Part shown: one piece after another, positions 45,546 to 55,489 of the stretch
Layout of the letters: the number at the start of each line of letters is the position of its first letter
Position numbering within the stretch: position 1 is the stretch's first letter
DNA from: an uncultured Candidatus Saccharibacteria bacterium
Lineage (GTDB): Bacteria; Patescibacteriota; Minisyncoccia; Phycocordibacterales; SBAW01
NCBI GenBank assembly: GCA_964457915.1
Contig: CAYWFM010000001.1
Coordinates: 34,623-98,622, forward strand
Length of the DNA: 64,000 bases
Direction of reading: 5' to 3'
Position numbers and translations under genes: made by a program
Notes under the pieces: model-generated
Told to the model about the DNA's origin: nothing
The model's database searches: none
The model's input: only the letters and a program-made list of their open reading frames with translations

Positions 45546-46766
45546 TTATTGGGAGAGTCGCACCCCCCAAAGCGCACGCTCCCCTTTCGTTATAAACAGT
45601 AAATATTTTCCGTCTGGAGAAATGTGTATAGTAGCGATATTTGACGCTACCCCACCCTTTGCGCTTCCTGGTGTCGCGGTGAGGCTTGTTATACCGCTTG
45701 CAATATCAAACTGAAAGATACTATCGGCGGCGTTGTAGAGACCTTGGTGCCACAAGTCGAGATAGTTTGCGGGTGTGGCGGTAAGAGGCGCTGCACAATA
45801 GGCAAGTGTGGGGTTCAGTGGTGACCAGGCACATTTTTCAGGAAACGGATTAAAGGGTAACTCTAAATCTTTGCCAGTAGCAACGTCGTGTGCGTAGGTC
45901 GTGCGTGGTAAGCCTGTTTGGGCGCTTTGGTATAAAATTTTTGAAAATACTTGGTTAGCAGTTGCTGAAAGTCCCTGTGTATATACCAGCTGGGCCATGG
46001 TGCCGTCGAGCGAGGACACTGCAAAAGCGACCCCGGGAGTACCATATGCCTCTTTTGATTGAAGTAGCAAGGTGTTGTTGGTAGGCCAACTCACCAGCAC
46101 CTGTAGAAGAGGAAAGGTAAACAATTTAAGCGGCACAGAGCCGTCTGCTCGTGCTATATACCCCACCGCTCCAGCGCTTGTGGGTAGTAGATACACCACA
46201 CTCTTACCGTCAGGAGAGGGAGCAAGGGTAAGTATCCCGTCTGGTAAAAAGCGAACCTTGTTTGTTGAGGTGGCAAAACCTATGAATAGTGTTTTTCTCA
46301 CTCCTGACTCCCCATACTGCACCAACACACCGGAGCCGTCTCTCAACCACTGCGCGTCCGCAATCCCCGGGATGGTTGTGTTAGAAACAATACGACTTAC
46401 CGCTTCAGAAACATCAACCGGTATATCGAGTACGTGTCCGCTATCTTGCGTCACGTAGCGCGCAAGTGTGGTGGTTGGGTTATATGTTTGGATAAAAAAA
46501 GCATCCACCACAGGCCCGTCCGCAAGCTTGAATATTTTTTGAGCGGTCTGGTTTGAAGTGTCAGTGTTGGTGGGGATTGTTTGGGTTTGGTTTTGATTAC
46601 CACCACCAGTGCTTGAGTTGCCAAAGGTTTGTGTGTTTTGGTTTGTGGTGGCTGATATGTCTGACGGGGCACCTCCCTGTTTAAAGAACATATACCACGC
46701 ACCAAAAAGGAAAAGTGCCACCACTCCCACCACCGCTATTCCCACCCCCACTTTTTTGAGAATCAT
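45546..46766 (-). CDS. Hypothetical membrane-anchored secreted protein, probably beta-propeller-like
   Basis: N-terminal TM, a Gln/Thr/Asn low-complexity linker, then repetitive beta-strand-type sequence (TolB/WD40-like, by composition only). Confidence 0.4.
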   Translation of the reverse strand: MILKKVGVGIAVVGVVALFLFGAWYMFFKQGGAPSDISATTNQNTQTFGNSSTGGGNQNQTQTIPTNTDTSNQTAQKIFKLADGPVVDAFFIQTYNPTTTLARYVTQDSGHVLDIPVDVSEAVSRIVSNTTIPGIADAQWLRDGSGVLVQYGESGVRKTLFIGFATSTNKVRFLPDGILTLAPSPDGKSVVYLLPTSAGAVGYIARADGSVPLKLFTFPLLQVLVSWPTNNTLLLQSKEAYGTPGVAFAVSSLDGTMAQLVYTQGLSATANQVFSKILYQSAQTGLPRTTYAHDVATGKDLELPFNPFPEKCAWSPLNPTLAYCAAPLTATPANYLDLWHQGLYNAADSIFQFDIASGITSLTATPGSAKGGVASNIATIHISPDGKYLLFITKGERALWGVRLSQ

Positions 46767-46769
46767 AAT

Positions 46770-47534
46770 TTATTTTAAACCACAACGAAAACCAGCAAGA
46801 CCCGCGATTGGTGGTACTGAAGTATATCCAGAACCGCGAGGACCACCAGGGTGAGTTGAAAGCCAGCTTGGAGGAAGAATATCTCCGCCCTGATCTGTAC
46901 ATGCTTTAGACTGCTCCTGTTCTATTTTTTTAGCCTCCTGAAAAGAATCAGAGCCTGCAGCAGCTCTATTTGTGGCCACGGTATCAATTACAGCTTGTTC
47001 GTCTGGTGTTAAGCAACCGGTACCGACGCCGTTTGTGCAATTAGGATTATTAATAGGTTGTCGTGTTGTTTGAGGGGATTGAAAAACAGCAACCGGATTT
47101 AATGCCCCACTAAAGGACACAAGCTGAGGATTTATGGTGAATAGAATTATCCAAGATCCTAATAGAATGGCGAGTCCCAAGAAGGATGCTTGAAGTCGCT
47201 TGCTCGCATCAAATTTTACCAGAGGTACGTCAGACACCATATAAGATATTCCTGCATATACGAACGACCCCACCGCTATGAGTGCCGCAAGAATAATAAG
47301 CAACTTAAAGACCATGCTAAGTAATTGGCCAAAATTTGCATTACCGGTTTCATATTGGGCTAAACCGGGCAATGGTTCTAGGGGGGTGTATGGTATGCCT
47401 GTATTCCCTTGCGTTTGTTGGACAACACCCTGGGTGGGGCTTATGGGAGTACCGTTTTGCGTGTACGCTTCTTGGGCATGTGCAAAACCCGTCATAGTGA
47501 GGAATATAAAAATACCAAGAATTATTTTTTTCAT
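46770..47534 (-). CDS. Candidate TrbC/VirB2-like pilin-type membrane protein
   Basis: Cleavable signal peptide (…GFAHA|QEA), then two adjacent hydrophobic helices separated by a short loop, then a Cys-containing C-terminal region. First gene downstream of the VirB4-like operon. Confidence 0.3.
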   Translation of the reverse strand: MKKIILGIFIFLTMTGFAHAQEAYTQNGTPISPTQGVVQQTQGNTGIPYTPLEPLPGLAQYETGNANFGQLLSMVFKLLIILAALIAVGSFVYAGISYMVSDVPLVKFDASKRLQASFLGLAILLGSWIILFTINPQLVSFSGALNPVAVFQSPQTTRQPINNPNCTNGVGTGCLTPDEQAVIDTVATNRAAAGSDSFQEAKKIEQEQSKACTDQGGDILPPSWLSTHPGGPRGSGYTSVPPIAGLAGFRCGLK

Positions 47535-48625
47535 AAGCCAAATAATGATGTAAGGGTTGAGCCGCCGCTTTGGCCAAAAACTATTCCTACCAAGCTTTGT
47601 GCTGCTTGGGTTAGTGTATCAATAGCGGTGTTTTGGAGCGAAATACCAACCTGTGCTGAGCCCGACCCAGATCCTGTTTGCCGTAAAGTAAGTAACCCTT
47701 TTTTCGAGTCAGGACCGCTCGTGTCATTCCCATTCAATGTCCATGAATATAGCAGTGTTCTTTTTGTAAGGCTACTATTTGTAAAATAGTATGGCTCTGC
47801 TTTGAGAGTTATTTCATTAGCGTTGAGATTGAAGTTTGTGGGCAGGGCAACGTCCAGGAGCATCCCGCGCAGGGGGTCTTGTTTATAGAGCACCACGCCA
47901 GGGCTTGTTGCTGGAATAACCACGTCCCCACTTCCCACCTTGGTTCCATTTAAATACACATCAACACGAACAGATTCATTTGTTTGGAGACCGTCACCGT
48001 TAAATATAAAAACGTTTTTCCCAAGACCTGAAGAGGCAGTATTGAGCGAGTCGTTCCTATACCACTGAAAGCTCAGTTTATTCGGAGGCACCAGAGACTT
48101 CCCCGACATAATGGTTGGGAACGCCACCACGCGCAGTGGAGAACCTGCGCTGTATAAGGATTTACCCTTGTAGAAAAGAGGAGTGGTAGTGTCAGCTTCC
48201 CACACAAGGCGCACCACCGAGGGAGCAAAAACAAAGTTTTGAACATACGTACCCTGAGTTGAAGCTATGGTTACCTGTACTGTGGTTGCACTACCTATAC
48301 CACCAGTTGTAAATGAAAAGGTGGTGAGCCCAATACCGCTCTGTGCGGTTTTACCATTTACTTGCCAAGTTATGGTCGCGTTGCCTATGAAGGGGCCAAC
48401 TCCCTGAGCCTCGATATATACCGTTTGGTTTGGCCCCGGCGTTTCGGGAGCCACAATATACTGCACGGGGTCTGGTACCGCAGAAAGTTGTGCTCGTACA
48501 GGACTTGCAACAAACGAGCAAAGCAACACAAGAACAACAAAAATAGATGCAATTTTATACTGCATACGTTGGTCTTTGCTGAATGGGTGTTTGGGCCTCA
48601 TTTGTGTGTTCGGGTAGTTGGTCAA
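47531..48625 (-). CDS. Hypothetical secreted beta-rich protein
   Basis: N-terminal signal/TM, Thr/Ser/Gly/Val-rich. 4-bp overlap with the downstream gene. Confidence 0.4.
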   Translation of the reverse strand: MTNYPNTQMRPKHPFSKDQRMQYKIASIFVVLVLLCSFVASPVRAQLSAVPDPVQYIVAPETPGPNQTVYIEAQGVGPFIGNATITWQVNGKTAQSGIGLTTFSFTTGGIGSATTVQVTIASTQGTYVQNFVFAPSVVRLVWEADTTTPLFYKGKSLYSAGSPLRVVAFPTIMSGKSLVPPNKLSFQWYRNDSLNTASSGLGKNVFIFNGDGLQTNESVRVDVYLNGTKVGSGDVVIPATSPGVVLYKQDPLRGMLLDVALPTNFNLNANEITLKAEPYYFTNSSLTKRTLLYSWTLNGNDTSGPDSKKGLLTLRQTGSGSGSAQVGISLQNTAIDTLTQAAQSLVGIVFGQSGGSTLTSLFGL

Positions 48626-49190
48626 TGGTCTCTAACTGGTTTTTCAAATTTTGACGCGATGAAATACGAAGGTTTTTTGTTCGTGTCTCCAACCCAACGG
48701 CCCTACCAACCCAGGTTTGTTTTGTCTCAGTACTATTTCGGCGCTCAATATCTTTAATACCGCGATATACAGCCCCCACGTTTGTTTTTGGTGACACCGC
48801 CAGAGCAAACGCGGTCGACGCTTTTCCCTCAAGCTGACCCTCCTCTTTCATTTTGCGCAATATGCACAAGATGGTCATCGTTGTCCATCCAGGGAGAATG
48901 TCGACCACAGGGATGATGCCAGAAAAGCCACCACCAAGAGCATACCGTAAGTAAAAGAGACCATTAAACGAAAGAAGAAGTAAAAAGCCAGCGCCAAGGG
49001 TAATGCTTAAACAAATACTTAAAGCCATGCCCAATGCAATACCAAGCGGTATGGTGACCGTGCCCACGACTTGGCCTACGAGCGGGATAGCAGCAATGCC
49101 AGCGCCTAGCGCAAAACACACCCAATAGACAAGCGCCTTAAGGCCGTCGATAAACAGCGCGACGATGATGTACGGCATGTACCTTACCAT
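48555..49190 (-). CDS. Hypothetical polytopic membrane protein (4-5 TM)
   Basis: Gly/Ala/Leu-rich helices. Start chosen at MVRYMPY. Located between the VirB4-like ATPase and secreted proteins. Confidence 0.4.
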   Translation of the reverse strand: MVRYMPYIIVALFIDGLKALVYWVCFALGAGIAAIPLVGQVVGTVTIPLGIALGMALSICLSITLGAGFLLLLSFNGLFYLRYALGGGFSGIIPVVDILPGWTTMTILCILRKMKEEGQLEGKASTAFALAVSPKTNVGAVYRGIKDIERRNSTETKQTWVGRAVGLETRTKNLRISSRQNLKNQLETIDQLPEHTNEAQTPIQQRPTYAV

Positions 49191-49194
49191 GCCT

Positions 49195-51036
49195 CTATTG
49201 TACCGCTTTTGTTTCTGATGAGGCAGAGATACTCCCACCTTCAGTAGCTCGTTGTCTGCGTAGTGCTAAAACTTGCGACGGATCCGAGGTGATAATTTGG
49301 TCCTCAGTATAGGATGCGATAACTTTGATCGCTACATGTTTGAGTCCTGCAAAGAATATCCCCTCCCCCACATCGCTCTCAAGGAGTAGATACTTCTCTT
49401 CATCCGAGAGGTTAAACGTCTTTTGCAGATTATCTATCGTAGTGGGCGACTGTTTGAGAAGTATCTGAATCGATGAGTTGGTAATCATGGGGAGCCCATA
49501 CGGTGATTTCAGGAAGTCATCCACGTCTTGGGTGATGGTGGCGAGCCCAAGGTAATACTTGCGGCCACGCTTTGCCATCCCATAGAGAAACGAAGCCGTG
49601 TCATCACTTTTCATCATCCACCACGCCTCATCTATAACTAAAAGGCGCTTTTTGAGATTTTTTCGCACCGCATTCCATATGTAGTGAGTAATAAGGTACA
49701 TAGCAACCGGCTTAAGGTCGTCCTCCATGTCGCGTACCGAAAACACAACAAATTTTTTGTTTATATCAACGTTGGTGGGACGGTTAATAAAACCAGACCA
49801 CGAACCCTTGGTGTATTTTGAGAGACGTTGCACCAAACTCTCACTCCCCTGCATGCCTGAGAGCACCATTTCGAAATCAGAGAGTAGGGGTGGCTCTGTG
49901 TCAGCAAAATTACTGTCAGGCGTAATATCTTTGAGCGCGTAGGTTTCGGTGATGGCTTTGTCTATGATTGCATCTTCTTCAGGAGACAGACCGCCGAGCA
50001 TAATACGGAAGAGACCTACAAGCGCCACGATGTTTGATCGCAAGATATCAGAAGGACTTTCATCCTCGCGGGGCACCGGCAAATCAAAGGGATTGATATG
50101 GTGCTCAGAGTTAAGGCTGATGTTGAAGTAGCGGCCACCCACCGTCTGAGCTAAAAACTCATACTCACGCTCTGGGTCTATCACAATAACTTCGGTATCG
50201 AACATGAGTGTGCGCAAGATCTCGAGCTTCGTTGCATATGATTTACCGGACCCTGATTTTGCGAAAATAACTGAGTTATAGTTTTCAAGTGAAAAACGGT
50301 CAAACAATACTAAAGAGGCATTGTGACGGTTCACTCCATACAGAATACCTTTGTCTGAGGTGAGATCGAACGAAACAAAAGGAAATATCGAAGAAAGGGG
50401 CGACGAATTGAGTTTTGAGTTAACATTAAGTTCATCAGTACCCAGAGGTAGTGTTGAACGAAACCCCTGCTCTTGTTGAAAGAGCGCTGGTTTAACATAA
50501 ATGAGTCGTGACTCAAGAACCGATTTAATTTCCGACTCAATCTTGTCCAACTCTTCTGAGGTTTTGCCATAAATAGTTATGTACACACCCACATCAAACA
50601 ATTTTTCTTGGGCTTGTTGAAGCTGGTCGCGCAGGGACTCGATATCTTGATAGGCAGTATCGAGCATAGGGTCACGCACTAATCCTTTTTCTTCCCGTGT
50701 CATAATCTGAGACTGGACCTCAGCAACTTTCTTTTGCAACTTTTTGAGTACCTCGCTGGAGTCTATAGGATGTACAAAGATAGAGATGTCGAGAACACGA
50801 TCAAGATTAATGATAGGCGCAAACCACGAGTCAGTCAGCACCCGAGGGTATGACATAACAAAAAAAGTACGCGCTATCTTATCTCCCAAATTAAGTTCTC
50901 GTGGAGTTATTTTAAGCGCTGAAGGCGCAATAACATCTTGTAGCTCTAGTATACCCTGCCGGTAAATTTGCTCAGGAAGGATGGGCGCCATAGGAGCCTG
51001 AGTTGATGTTGACTTGAATATATCGAAGAGTGCCAT
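49195..51036 (-). CDS. VirB4/TrbE/CagE-family type IV secretion ATPase (RecA-like domain portion)
   Basis: Walker A VIFAKSGSGKSYATK and Walker B LLVIDEAWWMM (the DEAW signature of VirB4-class ATPases). Confidence 0.7.
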   Translation of the reverse strand: MALFDIFKSTSTQAPMAPILPEQIYRQGILELQDVIAPSALKITPRELNLGDKIARTFFVMSYPRVLTDSWFAPIINLDRVLDISIFVHPIDSSEVLKKLQKKVAEVQSQIMTREEKGLVRDPMLDTAYQDIESLRDQLQQAQEKLFDVGVYITIYGKTSEELDKIESEIKSVLESRLIYVKPALFQQEQGFRSTLPLGTDELNVNSKLNSSPLSSIFPFVSFDLTSDKGILYGVNRHNASLVLFDRFSLENYNSVIFAKSGSGKSYATKLEILRTLMFDTEVIVIDPEREYEFLAQTVGGRYFNISLNSEHHINPFDLPVPREDESPSDILRSNIVALVGLFRIMLGGLSPEEDAIIDKAITETYALKDITPDSNFADTEPPLLSDFEMVLSGMQGSESLVQRLSKYTKGSWSGFINRPTNVDINKKFVVFSVRDMEDDLKPVAMYLITHYIWNAVRKNLKKRLLVIDEAWWMMKSDDTASFLYGMAKRGRKYYLGLATITQDVDDFLKSPYGLPMITNSSIQILLKQSPTTIDNLQKTFNLSDEEKYLLLESDVGEGIFFAGLKHVAIKVIASYTEDQIITSDPSQVLALRRQRATEGGSISASSETKAVQ

Positions 51037-51037
51037 G

Positions 51038-51694
51038 TTATTTGACTAATTGTAACGGCTTTTCGAGCTCGCCAGGGTTAAAGAGTTTGTAGAAAAGCTC
51101 TATGAGCTCTTCGGTCCCTAAATTCACCACACGTACCCCCGTGCGCACCAGCCCCTGCTCAATAACCGCAAGCCGTTCCTCAAGTTGTACACGATACTGC
51201 TCAAACTGTTCGTCTGTAAGTATGGTGCTTTGTATATTGCCACCAGGGAGGAGGTTGCTGACAGCACCCGCCACTCCCCCGCCGCGCGCTATGAGCGCAG
51301 GGTCATACGGCACAACAATAAAAAAATTTTTCGTCATAATATTTGCACGTTCCGTAAAGTCTCTAATGAAGGCAATGTATTCACGGATTTGAATTTTCAT
51401 AAGTTCATCAAGTGTCGCCGCGTAGCGGTCTTCAAGAAGTGCAATATAGGGCCGAATGTCAAGATCGCGCGATTCAACAAAAAACTGAATGGTAAATTCC
51501 AAAGAATTCAGAAAGTTTTGGAACTGACCAATAATGGCAACTTGTTCATCCTGAGACTTTAGGGCTAAGTTGATGCTCGATGCCATAACCATCGCACGCA
51601 GAGAGCCATCCTTAAGAATAATAATACCGTCTCGTACTTCTTTTATAGGTACAAAGGCTTGGGTTGCTTCAGCTTTTACTTTGGGAGGTGGCAT
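51038..51694 (-). CDS. Hypothetical protein; possibly the detached N-terminal region of VirB4
   Basis: 218 aa ending 1 nt before the ATPase ORF starts. Combined length 831 aa equals a canonical VirB4. Confidence 0.35.
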   Translation of the reverse strand: MPPPKVKAEATQAFVPIKEVRDGIIILKDGSLRAMVMASSINLALKSQDEQVAIIGQFQNFLNSLEFTIQFFVESRDLDIRPYIALLEDRYAATLDELMKIQIREYIAFIRDFTERANIMTKNFFIVVPYDPALIARGGGVAGAVSNLLPGGNIQSTILTDEQFEQYRVQLEERLAVIEQGLVRTGVRVVNLGTEELIELFYKLFNPGELEKPLQLVK

Positions 51695-51696
51695 GG

Positions 51697-52146
51697 CTAA
51701 ATAGTTGGTTGCGGCTGCTGTGGGTCTATAACACCCATCTGCGTCCTATCTTTTATATTAAGCGACCAAGAGAGATCTTTAAGCCTACTTTCACTTAAAC
51801 TGGGTACAGCTACTGTGTTTTTTTCTGCTGGGGAAGTTTTTGCTGGTGTAGCGTTTTGTGCGGTCGGCTGATGTTGTTTCCAGAGGTAGAGTTTGCTACC
51901 AAGATAGTACTTAAAGGCATATTCGAGCGTCATAACAAATGGCCGATCATTAACTTTGTAGAACGCAAGCGCGAGACCAAAAACAACAAATGGGAGCGCA
52001 AACACTGCGGCAACATAAAACGGCAACAACACAAACAAGCCAAGAGAAACTCCAGCAGAGCCAGCTAGGTATAGAAATTGCTTGAGCGTAAGAGGCCCAA
52101 AAATCTTATCTTCTATCTCGATAAATTGGGGAACCTGGTACTGCAT
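51697..52146 (-). CDS. Small two-TM membrane protein, PrgI/VirB3-like by architecture and position
   Basis: 149 aa. N-terminal FIEIEDKIFGPLTLKQFLYL followed by two TM helices. Immediately upstream of the VirB4 components, as in Gram-positive-type T4SS loci. Confidence 0.35.
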   Translation of the reverse strand: MQYQVPQFIEIEDKIFGPLTLKQFLYLAGSAGVSLGLFVLLPFYVAAVFALPFVVFGLALAFYKVNDRPFVMTLEYAFKYYLGSKLYLWKQHQPTAQNATPAKTSPAEKNTVAVPSLSESRLKDLSWSLNIKDRTQMGVIDPQQPQPTI

Positions 52147-52167
52147 CGCTCTCTAGTATACCGCACC

Positions 52168-52644
52168 CTACTCTACCGGTTCGTGGTACGGGTCGGTCGT
52201 ATACTGCTTTGTTTGGGCAGCACTCGGGCTTGATTGCACGGGCGGCATACTAGCCGCCGGAGTGATGGTGGTTTGCTGTAGTGCAGCAGAGGTTGCGGAA
52301 GGTTGAATTGGTGTTCGATTTTGTGTCAGCAAGAACTTTTTCATAGATTCTCGTATAGGCAAAAAAAGTTCTTGCGAAACATCAGTAGCTAATAGATTTG
52401 CTGTTGCTAGAGGCACCCTGATCTCTGAAACCACATTCCCAACAAATTCATCAGGATTAACAAAACCAAGCATAACCAACAACACCTCGTTCTCTAAAGT
52501 ACCCATTTGATCTATGTGGAGCAGGTATTTTTGCCCTATAGTTTGGAGTTTTTTTGAAAAATCGACCGATTGTATGGCTGCTTGTATCTCAGGAGGAAGT
52601 TCGGCCATCCGCTGCTGCAGTGTTTTTTGAAGGTTTTCGTCCAT
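52168..52644 (-). CDS. Hypothetical protein
   Basis: 158 aa, no motif. In the same operon. Confidence 0.35.
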   Translation of the reverse strand: MDENLQKTLQQRMAELPPEIQAAIQSVDFSKKLQTIGQKYLLHIDQMGTLENEVLLVMLGFVNPDEFVGNVVSEIRVPLATANLLATDVSQELFLPIRESMKKFLLTQNRTPIQPSATSAALQQTTITPAASMPPVQSSPSAAQTKQYTTDPYHEPVE

Positions 52645-52645
52645 G

Positions 52646-55489
52646 TTAGTTATGCAGATTATTTTCGGGGGTACCGTTTGGTTGTGTGTCTCCTTGATCT
52701 ATTTTCGGCTGGATATTTTGAGTAAAGGTGTCCTGTGTTGGTGGTGTGGAGTGTGTGCGTGGAATGGCCCGAATCGGTTCTGTTTGAGAGGGTGCCTGAA
52801 TAGCATTTCTTTGTGCCGTCGATAGAGTACTGTTGGGCTGTTCGTGCAGTGAGATGGTGGGTTGTACTAGCGATTCACGTAGTGAAACGGTCCCTTCGGT
52901 GGTGGTTCTTCTGAGCTGGCGCACCTCATCGGCTACATTTCGTACATCAGCTTGTAGTTCACTATTTGCCCGAATCGTCTCTCTCTGTTGTGTTTGAGCG
53001 GTCGAAGTGATGTTTGATTGAAGGTTTTCTATCGCTCCAGTTACTCTTGAGGTTTGCTCATTTATTGAAGTATTCAATGCACGAGTTTGGTCTGTAATTT
53101 CTTGAGAAGTTACCCTATCAGTACCATTTTCGCTCAAAGGTGCGCTTGTTGATGTAGAACCGATTGGCAAAGAACCTCGTTCTCGGACTCCTATTGAATC
53201 ACCTAATGCATTTGGTGTACGCAATTCTCGAAGCGCCCGCTGCTGCCTAAACCCAAGCGGATCATTGAGATTAATAATGGGTCGATATGGTCGTACTCCC
53301 CCACCCCCACCCTGCTGCTGGGGACCTGCCCCCCCGCCAGGTTGGTTTGGCCTCTGGGGTGGCTGTTGTGCAGGAGCTTGTGGTCCTTGTTGAGGAGGCT
53401 GTTGTGGGTTTTGTGGTGCAGGATTTGGGGGAGGCTGGGGAGCTGGGTTTTGGACTGCAGGAAATGCCGCAAGTGCTGCTCGAAGCCGGTCCGCGTCGCC
53501 TTCTTTTTGTCGAATACGAGCAACTGCTTCACGATCGGCAGGAGAAGAACTTTCTTCTAAACTATTCGCAAACAATTGATCATTTCCGGAACCAACTTCT
53601 TTTTTAGCCAATCCAGAAAGTCGGCCCACCTCTCTATTAAAGGCGGCTTGTCTTTGTTTCATTACCTGCTCAGTTATCGAACCAGCTTCAAACTCTGCTC
53701 GTGCTGAACCCGCCTGTTGAGAGAGTGCTAATAAATTCCCCCTGTCAGCTGTACTTAAACTCCCTATCACTTTCTTGTAAGCATCATTCAGTTGAGTTTG
53801 AGTGTACACTGTTAATTTTTTAGCCTCATCAACACGGCGTTTGACCTTAGTTTCTAACTGGCCCCCATAAGTTTTACTTGTTCCAGAGCCTATACCACCA
53901 CCGGGAAGACTCGAACCAATTTTCTTTCCTACTGTTGAGTTACGCATATCATATGTGCCCGCTCCTAATTTATTAGCACCCTTCCAGAGAGCGCGGCCCA
54001 AAACTGGATTTTCAGCAGCAACACGTCTGCCTGTATTGCTTTGGGCATACGTGTAACCCGCTCGACCAGCGGTGTTTCGCCCCGCAAGTGCGGCCGCGCC
54101 CACAACCCAACCACCCACTTTCCCCCCATACTTACTCACAGTTGAATCAAAAGCTTTGTACCCCGTTTTTGCAAACGAATCAGAGACACGCATAGCCATG
54201 TACATCAGCGCAATGATAATACCAAGGCGGATAGAGATGCCTGCGACAACCGAAGCTATAACAAAAGGTGCTCCCCTTCCAGATGCTCCTGAAGCTTCTT
54301 GTAGTGCTGCGGTTAACACCGATCCGCCACTACTGAGACCATTAGCAAAGAAGTTAATGATCCAAAAGAGAAATAAAAATACTGCAGGGTAGAAAGAGTA
54401 TTCAATAAGCGACCCCAACCAACGCTCGCGTACTTTGAAGCGGTCAGCTTTTGATCGATCATATATAGCGCCAAGCACAAACGCTAAGGGTGACGCAATA
54501 ATCGTCAACCACAATACAACTATGCGCACAATAAACTTTACTCCAACAGCGATAAAGGTGAACGCAAGCATGGCAAGGATGGCAGCCACTGCGATGTAGA
54601 CAAAAGTAAGAGTAATGAGCACGGTCCAAAAGCCAACATTTTCTTGCTTCGCAAATTGCGAGAAGGAACCACTACCTACGAGCGATTGCACCCCAATAAC
54701 ATCCATAATGCCGCGAGTAAGATCCTTTACACTACCATTTGAGGTTAAGTGGCTGGCTAGGTTGGTTACACTAGTACCCACAACCCCCGTGCTATTCTGG
54801 GCGCTTTCAGTAAGTGAAGGCGCTTCTATGGCGTTATAAAACTGCAGCGCTAACAAATTTCCGCCATCAATGACGAGGCGAGTAAAGAAAAAACTAAAAT
54901 TAATAAGTAGTGCCGCTATGATAATGCCGGCAAGCATTTTCATAGTCCCCTGTGTTTCAGCTTGTAGAATCACCGTAATTGCAAGGTACACAAGCAGAAA
55001 GATAAAGATCATGTTGGCAAGATCACGCACTGCTGCCCACGACTGGGTGAGGAAGTATTGTGAATAGGTGACGCTCTGGAGAGTGATCTGTATAGCAGTA
55101 TCAAACACAAACGCGCCTATGTAGGCGAAGATGCTCATGAGTCCTACGGTGAAAACATACACAACGTTTGAAAAACAAATGGCCCAACTAGATTTCCAGC
55201 ACGAATCAGAAATTTCACCATTGTTTCCACTGCCGCCGCTACCGCCGGACTGCCCTGCGCTAGGGGTGGTCACCGTGCCCCCTTGTCCTGGTGTCGTCGC
55301 TCCCGTTGCAGTTGGGCTAATGTTTTGGTTATTGGCATCGCTCGTTGCGTTTGCATTTAATACTGATTGCGCCTGTGCCACCGGGATTAACAACCCCGCT
55401 AGTGGCGCAAAAAATACTGTTAACAGTAGTATGCTCAGCAGTGACTTGCTGAAGAATGAGAGAGTTTTTGTTACTCGATTAGAATGCAT
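52646..55489 (-). CDS. Giant polytopic membrane protein, VirB6/TrbL-like core with Pro/Gln-rich and coiled C-terminal extension
   Basis: 947 aa. Signal peptide, ~8 TM helices in residues 100-450, then Gly-rich and PQQPPQQGPQAPAQQPP low-complexity tract and a long polar C-terminus. Confidence 0.45.
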   Translation of the reverse strand: MHSNRVTKTLSFFSKSLLSILLLTVFFAPLAGLLIPVAQAQSVLNANATSDANNQNISPTATGATTPGQGGTVTTPSAGQSGGSGGSGNNGEISDSCWKSSWAICFSNVVYVFTVGLMSIFAYIGAFVFDTAIQITLQSVTYSQYFLTQSWAAVRDLANMIFIFLLVYLAITVILQAETQGTMKMLAGIIIAALLINFSFFFTRLVIDGGNLLALQFYNAIEAPSLTESAQNSTGVVGTSVTNLASHLTSNGSVKDLTRGIMDVIGVQSLVGSGSFSQFAKQENVGFWTVLITLTFVYIAVAAILAMLAFTFIAVGVKFIVRIVVLWLTIIASPLAFVLGAIYDRSKADRFKVRERWLGSLIEYSFYPAVFLFLFWIINFFANGLSSGGSVLTAALQEASGASGRGAPFVIASVVAGISIRLGIIIALMYMAMRVSDSFAKTGYKAFDSTVSKYGGKVGGWVVGAAALAGRNTAGRAGYTYAQSNTGRRVAAENPVLGRALWKGANKLGAGTYDMRNSTVGKKIGSSLPGGGIGSGTSKTYGGQLETKVKRRVDEAKKLTVYTQTQLNDAYKKVIGSLSTADRGNLLALSQQAGSARAEFEAGSITEQVMKQRQAAFNREVGRLSGLAKKEVGSGNDQLFANSLEESSSPADREAVARIRQKEGDADRLRAALAAFPAVQNPAPQPPPNPAPQNPQQPPQQGPQAPAQQPPQRPNQPGGGAGPQQQGGGGGVRPYRPIINLNDPLGFRQQRALRELRTPNALGDSIGVRERGSLPIGSTSTSAPLSENGTDRVTSQEITDQTRALNTSINEQTSRVTGAIENLQSNITSTAQTQQRETIRANSELQADVRNVADEVRQLRRTTTEGTVSLRESLVQPTISLHEQPNSTLSTAQRNAIQAPSQTEPIRAIPRTHSTPPTQDTFTQNIQPKIDQGDTQPNGTPENNLHN

